From an uncultured Actinomycetes bacterium (GTDB lineage Bacteria; Actinomycetota; Thermoleophilia; RBG-16-64-13), in NCBI GenBank assembly GCA_963841735.1, contig CAWJDT010000001.1, positions 512,001 to 576,000 on the forward strand: 64,000 nucleotides of DNA, given 5' to 3'. The translations under genes were made by a program, and so were the position numbers. Each line of letters opens with the position of its first letter. The first letter of the stretch is position 1. This document shows positions 60,165-64,000 of the stretch, in pieces. Below the pieces are notes generated by a model. The model did no database searches and was not told where the DNA came from. It saw nothing but the letters and a program-made list of their open reading frames with translations.

Positions 60165-61283
60165 TTGAAGATCCTCTGGATCTCGCAGGCGGTGGCCGAT
60201 GATAACGCGGGTCCCAGCCTCGCCAGAGTCAGCATGCGAGACGCCCTGGAAAGGGCGGGCCACCGTGTCCACTTGGTGCTAGGAACACGGACGAGCCGAG
60301 CGGTCAAGCGAGACGATGGAATAGAACTCTGGCCGTGCACGTCGTTGAGTGACAAGTTCCGATTCAACCAAGCCGCGCTGCAGGCCATCCGCTCCACGGA
60401 CGCAGACGTTGTTCTTCTGCACCAGGACTTCCAGGTCGTTGTGGGGCTCATAGCCCGAAGCCTGCGCCGGATCAAGAGAGTTGCCCCGATCGTGATGGAC
60501 ATTCGCACGCTCCCGATTCACGACACGGGGACCGTCATCCAAAGAGCCCGATGGCTGCGTTTCCGTTGGTGTGTCGGGGCAGCCTCCAGATTTCTTGAGG
60601 GCGTGACCACGATAACGCCCGCAATGACCGACTTTCTGGTCGCCGAACACTGGCTTGAGCGCGAGAAGACCCTCGGCGAGTGGAGTTCGGGAGTCTCTGC
60701 CTTTCCCCAAACCGTCCCGCCACCGTTGGACCTGAAGCAGAAGCTATCTTCTCTCCCAAGGCCCATCGGCGTGTATCTCGGCGTACTCGCAGAGAATCGC
60801 GGCCTGGAAGACTTGATTCACGCGGCTGAACGCCCGGACTTCCTGGGCTCGCTCGTCGTGATCGGGTCAGGCCCGATTGAGGCAGAATTGCGCTCTCTTT
60901 CAGGAGCACAGAAGCCCAATGTGCTCTTCACCGGAAGGCTGCCTCAGCAAGAGGCATGGTCGGCTCTCCGCGAGTGCGACTATGGCGTCTGCCTACTGCC
61001 CAACCTATTGTGGTGGCGAGTAAGCAGTCCGTTGAAGGTCCTTGAGTACCTTGCGGCGGGTCTTCCCGTCTTGGCCTCCTCTCCAGTCCACCAAGCACTG
61101 CTCGCAGAATACGATGGTGCTCTGCTGTTGGGGGAGATAGAGCCTGCCGCGATAAGCGCGGCAACCCAGAAGATGCTAGAGCTGCCCCCATCCGAAGAAC
61201 AGCGCGAAGCGATCTTGAGGAGGTACTCGTGGAACAGCGTTGCCAAGGATCTGGTCGCCGCGCTGGAGAAGGTTGTCCCTTGA
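60165..61283 (+). CDS. Glycosyltransferase family 4
   Basis: MKILWI, YLG...NRGL, SSPLKVLEYLAAGLPV, YSW. Confidence 0.88.
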   Translation: MKILWISQAVADDNAGPSLARVSMRDALERAGHRVHLVLGTRTSRAVKRDDGIELWPCTSLSDKFRFNQAALQAIRSTDADVVLLHQDFQVVVGLIARSLRRIKRVAPIVMDIRTLPIHDTGTVIQRARWLRFRWCVGAASRFLEGVTTITPAMTDFLVAEHWLEREKTLGEWSSGVSAFPQTVPPPLDLKQKLSSLPRPIGVYLGVLAENRGLEDLIHAAERPDFLGSLVVIGSGPIEAELRSLSGAQKPNVLFTGRLPQQEAWSALRECDYGVCLLPNLLWWRVSSPLKVLEYLAAGLPVLASSPVHQALLAEYDGALLLGEIEPAAISAATQKMLELPPSEEQREAILRRYSWNSVAKDLVAALEKVVP

Positions 61284-61323
61284 CCACCTGGAACGGCGCT
61301 TGGCGCTGCCGTAGAATGCGCCA

Positions 61324-62544
61324 ATGCGCGTTCTCCTAGTCAATTGCTTCCACTATCGGCGAGGGGGTGACTCAGGTCAGTTCCTTGACCTTGTCGCCCA
61401 ACTCGCCGACCGCGGGCACGATGTCGCTGTATTCTCAATGTCCCACCCGCAGAACCTTCCTTCTGAGTGGGAGCGATACTGGGCACCCCATGTCGACTAC
61501 CGGGACATCCAGACGCCGCTCGCCCGCGCCCGGGCGCTCGCCCGCAGCACTTACTCTCCCGTGAGCGCCCACGGTGTGACTCGCCTGATCCGTGACTTCA
61601 AACCCCAGGTGGTCCATCTCCACAGCGTTCACCACGAACTCACCCTGTCAGTCGTAAGAGCTTGCGCCTCTGAGCGCGTGCCAATCATCTGGACGCTTCA
61701 CGATTACCGCACCGTATGCCCGGCGTCGACCCTGCTTCGTGGGCACGCCGCCTGCGAACTATGCAAAGATGGTCACTTCTGGCACGCGGTCGCGGGCCGC
61801 TGCAGGTCGGGTGAACTCAAGCGCAGTGTAGCTGCGGCAATTGAATCCTATCTCACCCGAGCCCTCCGATCCTTGGGCAGGATAGACTGCTACATCGCAC
61901 CGAGCACCTTCCTCGCAGGGAAGGTCGCGGAGATGGGTCTGCCCGCTCGCCGTATTGAGGTGGTGCCAAACCCCGTTCATGATCCTGGTTTGGGTCGGTC
62001 CACACCCGACAGAGAGTCTCTCCTATACGTTGGCAGGCTTTCGGCCGAGAAAGGGGTGGACTGCTTGATTCAGGCCATCGCCGGGCTGGAGGGGGTGCGA
62101 CTCCAAGTGCTTGGGGATGGGCCAGACTCCGAAAGACTAAGATTGATGTCGCGAGAGCTCGGAGCTGATGTAGAGTTTTCCGGCTGGGTAGACAGCGAGT
62201 CTGTTGACGAGCACATGGCCAAATCCCAGTTGCTCTGCTTCCCTTCGGTTTCGTATGAGAACTGCCCGGGTGTCGTACTGGAGGCCATGGTCCGTGGCCT
62301 GCCCGTGCTTGCCAGCGATATTGGCGGCCTGACCGAACTCCTCGACTCCGGGCGCGCGGGATGGTTCGCCCCTCCTGGAGAACCGAAGGCATGGCGCGCC
62401 GCTATAAGTGCGTTTCTTGCGGACGAGTCTGCGGTTCCAGCCAAAGTAGACCAAGCCAAGACCCGCGCTCGAACCCGCCATGACCCGCTGGCCTTCATCA
62501 CCCAGATCGAGCGAATCTACTCCTCTCTTGCACGAAGACCCTGA
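61324..62544 (+). CDS. Glycosyltransferase family 4 with Cys-rich insert
   Basis: WTLHDY..CP..CELC, YVGRLSAEKG, ENCPGVVLEAM..PVLASDIGG. Confidence 0.92.
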   Translation: MRVLLVNCFHYRRGGDSGQFLDLVAQLADRGHDVAVFSMSHPQNLPSEWERYWAPHVDYRDIQTPLARARALARSTYSPVSAHGVTRLIRDFKPQVVHLHSVHHELTLSVVRACASERVPIIWTLHDYRTVCPASTLLRGHAACELCKDGHFWHAVAGRCRSGELKRSVAAAIESYLTRALRSLGRIDCYIAPSTFLAGKVAEMGLPARRIEVVPNPVHDPGLGRSTPDRESLLYVGRLSAEKGVDCLIQAIAGLEGVRLQVLGDGPDSERLRLMSRELGADVEFSGWVDSESVDEHMAKSQLLCFPSVSYENCPGVVLEAMVRGLPVLASDIGGLTELLDSGRAGWFAPPGEPKAWRAAISAFLADESAVPAKVDQAKTRARTRHDPLAFITQIERIYSSLARRP

Positions 62545-62650
62545 AAGCGAGGGCCTTCACTACCTCGCAAAGGGTCAGGCCTATCGCCGAGGTCCAGCTT
62601 CGCTGTGCAATACTGGTGGCAAAACGTGGAGTTACACAGGGGATCGACTT

Positions 62651-63555
62651 ATGACCAAGATCTATGTAGCTGGTTGTGGAGGTATGTTGGGCGCCGCCTT
62701 CCACGAGGAGTTCTCCGGCACCGCCGATCTTAGGTGCACCGACATCGACGTCAACGAGGAGTGGCTCAGATACCTCGACTTCAGGGACTTCGACGCCTAC
62801 CGCAAGGACGTCCTGGACTTCGCTCCAGACTACTTGTTCCACCTCGGCGCCCTCACCGACCTGGAGTACTGCGAGACCCATCCGGACGACGCCTACGCCA
62901 CCAACGCCATGGGGGTGGAGAACGCCGTCTACATCGCCAACGAACTCGACATACCCGCTTCTGTACATCGGCACCGCGGGCATCTTCGACGGCCAGCAGG
63001 ATCAGTACGACGACTGGGACGCGCCGAATCCCCTGGGCATCTACGCCAGGGCCAAATGGGCGGGGGAGCGGTTCGTGCAGGAGAACGCGCGCACCTATCT
63101 CATCTGCCGGGCAGGGTGGATGATGGGCGGCGGGCCGGCCAAGGACAAGAAGTTCATCCAGAAGCTCATGGTCCAGATCCGCGATGGCGCACCGAGCTGG
63201 CGGTGGTCGACGACAAGCTGGGCACGCCCACCTACACGCGTGATTTTGCCCACAACGTGAGGCTTCTGCTCGAACGAGGGTGGTGGGGACTCTACAACAT
63301 GGTCTGCCAAGGGAGCACCAGCCGCCTCGAGGTGGCCCAAGAGCTTGTGCGCCAACTGGGTCTCGCGACACGGTCAGCGTCCGTCCGGTGAGTTCCGACC
63401 ACTTTGCCAAGACCTACTTCGCGCCGCGCCCCGACTGTGAGCGGCTGGTCAATCGCAGACTCGCACTGCGCGGGCTCGACGTCATGCGGCCTTGGCGCGA
63501 GGCGCTGGCCGACTATCTGAAGACCGACTACCAGGGGTACTTGCCCGGCAACTAG
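62651..63555 (+). CDS. dTDP-4-dehydrorhamnose reductase family protein (RmlD-like); frameshifts near 62958, 63190 and 63365
   Basis: GCGGMLG, ALTDLEYCE, IGTAGIFDG, PNPLGIYARAK, VDDKLGTPTY, APRP, MRPWREAL. Confidence 0.85.
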
Positions 63556-63574
63556 ACCGCCAGGCCCGCTTGCC

Positions 63575-64000
63575 CTATTCGGTTTTGGCCCGCGTCGCGC
63601 CCCGAGCTCGGATGACTTTCGCCGGCACGCCGGCCGCCACCACGCCCGGAGCAATGTCGCTGGTGACCACAGCGCCTGCCCCGATCACGGTGCCGTCACC
63701 GATGACGCAGCCGTCGAGTACCACGACGTTGGCACCCAACCAACAGTCCTTTCCAAAGGTGATGCCCTTACGCAGCAGCGCTTGCTCGCGGATGGGCCGA
63801 TCGGGGTCGTCAAAGCTGTGATTCTCGGCAATGATGCGGCAGCCGGGGCCGAAGTCGGTATCGTCGCCGATTGTGACCAGCCCCTTGGCCCCTATGAACG
63901 TACCCTCGCTGATGCCCACTCTGGTCCCAGTGACGCACCCAGCAGCCAGTTCTTTTAGGGTGCTGGTGACCTCTATCTGCACACCCCGACGGAGCGTGGT
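63575..64000 (-). CDS. Hexapeptide-repeat acyltransferase (5' end outside the window)
   Basis: ENHSFDD, DCWLGANVVVLDGCVIGDGTVIGAGAVVT..AGVPAKVI. Confidence 0.85.
   Translation of the reverse strand, partial: TTLRRGVQIEVTSTLKELAAGCVTGTRVGISEGTFIGAKGLVTIGDDTDFGPGCRIIAENHSFDDPDRPIREQALLRKGITFGKDCWLGANVVVLDGCVIGDGTVIGAGAVVTSDIAPGVVAAGVPAKVIRARGATRAKTE

Noticed and set aside
1-64000. CRISPR array, IS element or prophage
   Set aside because: No regularly spaced repeat-spacer array, transposase, integrase or phage structural gene was recognised.

Overview
High-GC bacterial chromosome segment, most likely a monoderm Actinomycetota lineage (inferred from GC content and a class E-like sortase). Bases 1-9.2 kb lie almost entirely on the minus strand: an AbrB/VapC toxin-antitoxin (TA) pair, a sortase, a polyprenyl diphosphate synthase, selA-selB-selC (tRNA-Sec), a GT2, and a type IV prepilin-like protein behind a sigma-28-type promoter. 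The remaining ~55 kb is a mosaic Wzx/Wzy-type surface-glycan locus. It has two flippases, two polymerase/ligase-like proteins, one priming transferase, about ten GT4s, nucleotide-sugar enzymes, and many tailoring enzymes (methyl-, acetyl- and amidotransferases, deacetylases, kinases, a phosphodiesterase-family protein). Three more TA loci interrupt it: one is internally deleted in both genes and one sits between 64-bp direct repeats. About nine genes are split by single-base indels with no nonsense codons, which looks like long-read assembly error. The best candidates for undescribed systems are an Arn-like lipid-carrier glycosylation module in an organism without lipid A, a GT4/TMK-like kinase/alkaline-phosphatase-family trio, and a split WbdD-like methyltransferase + kinase pair. 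All product calls come from motif recognition by eye; no database search was run.
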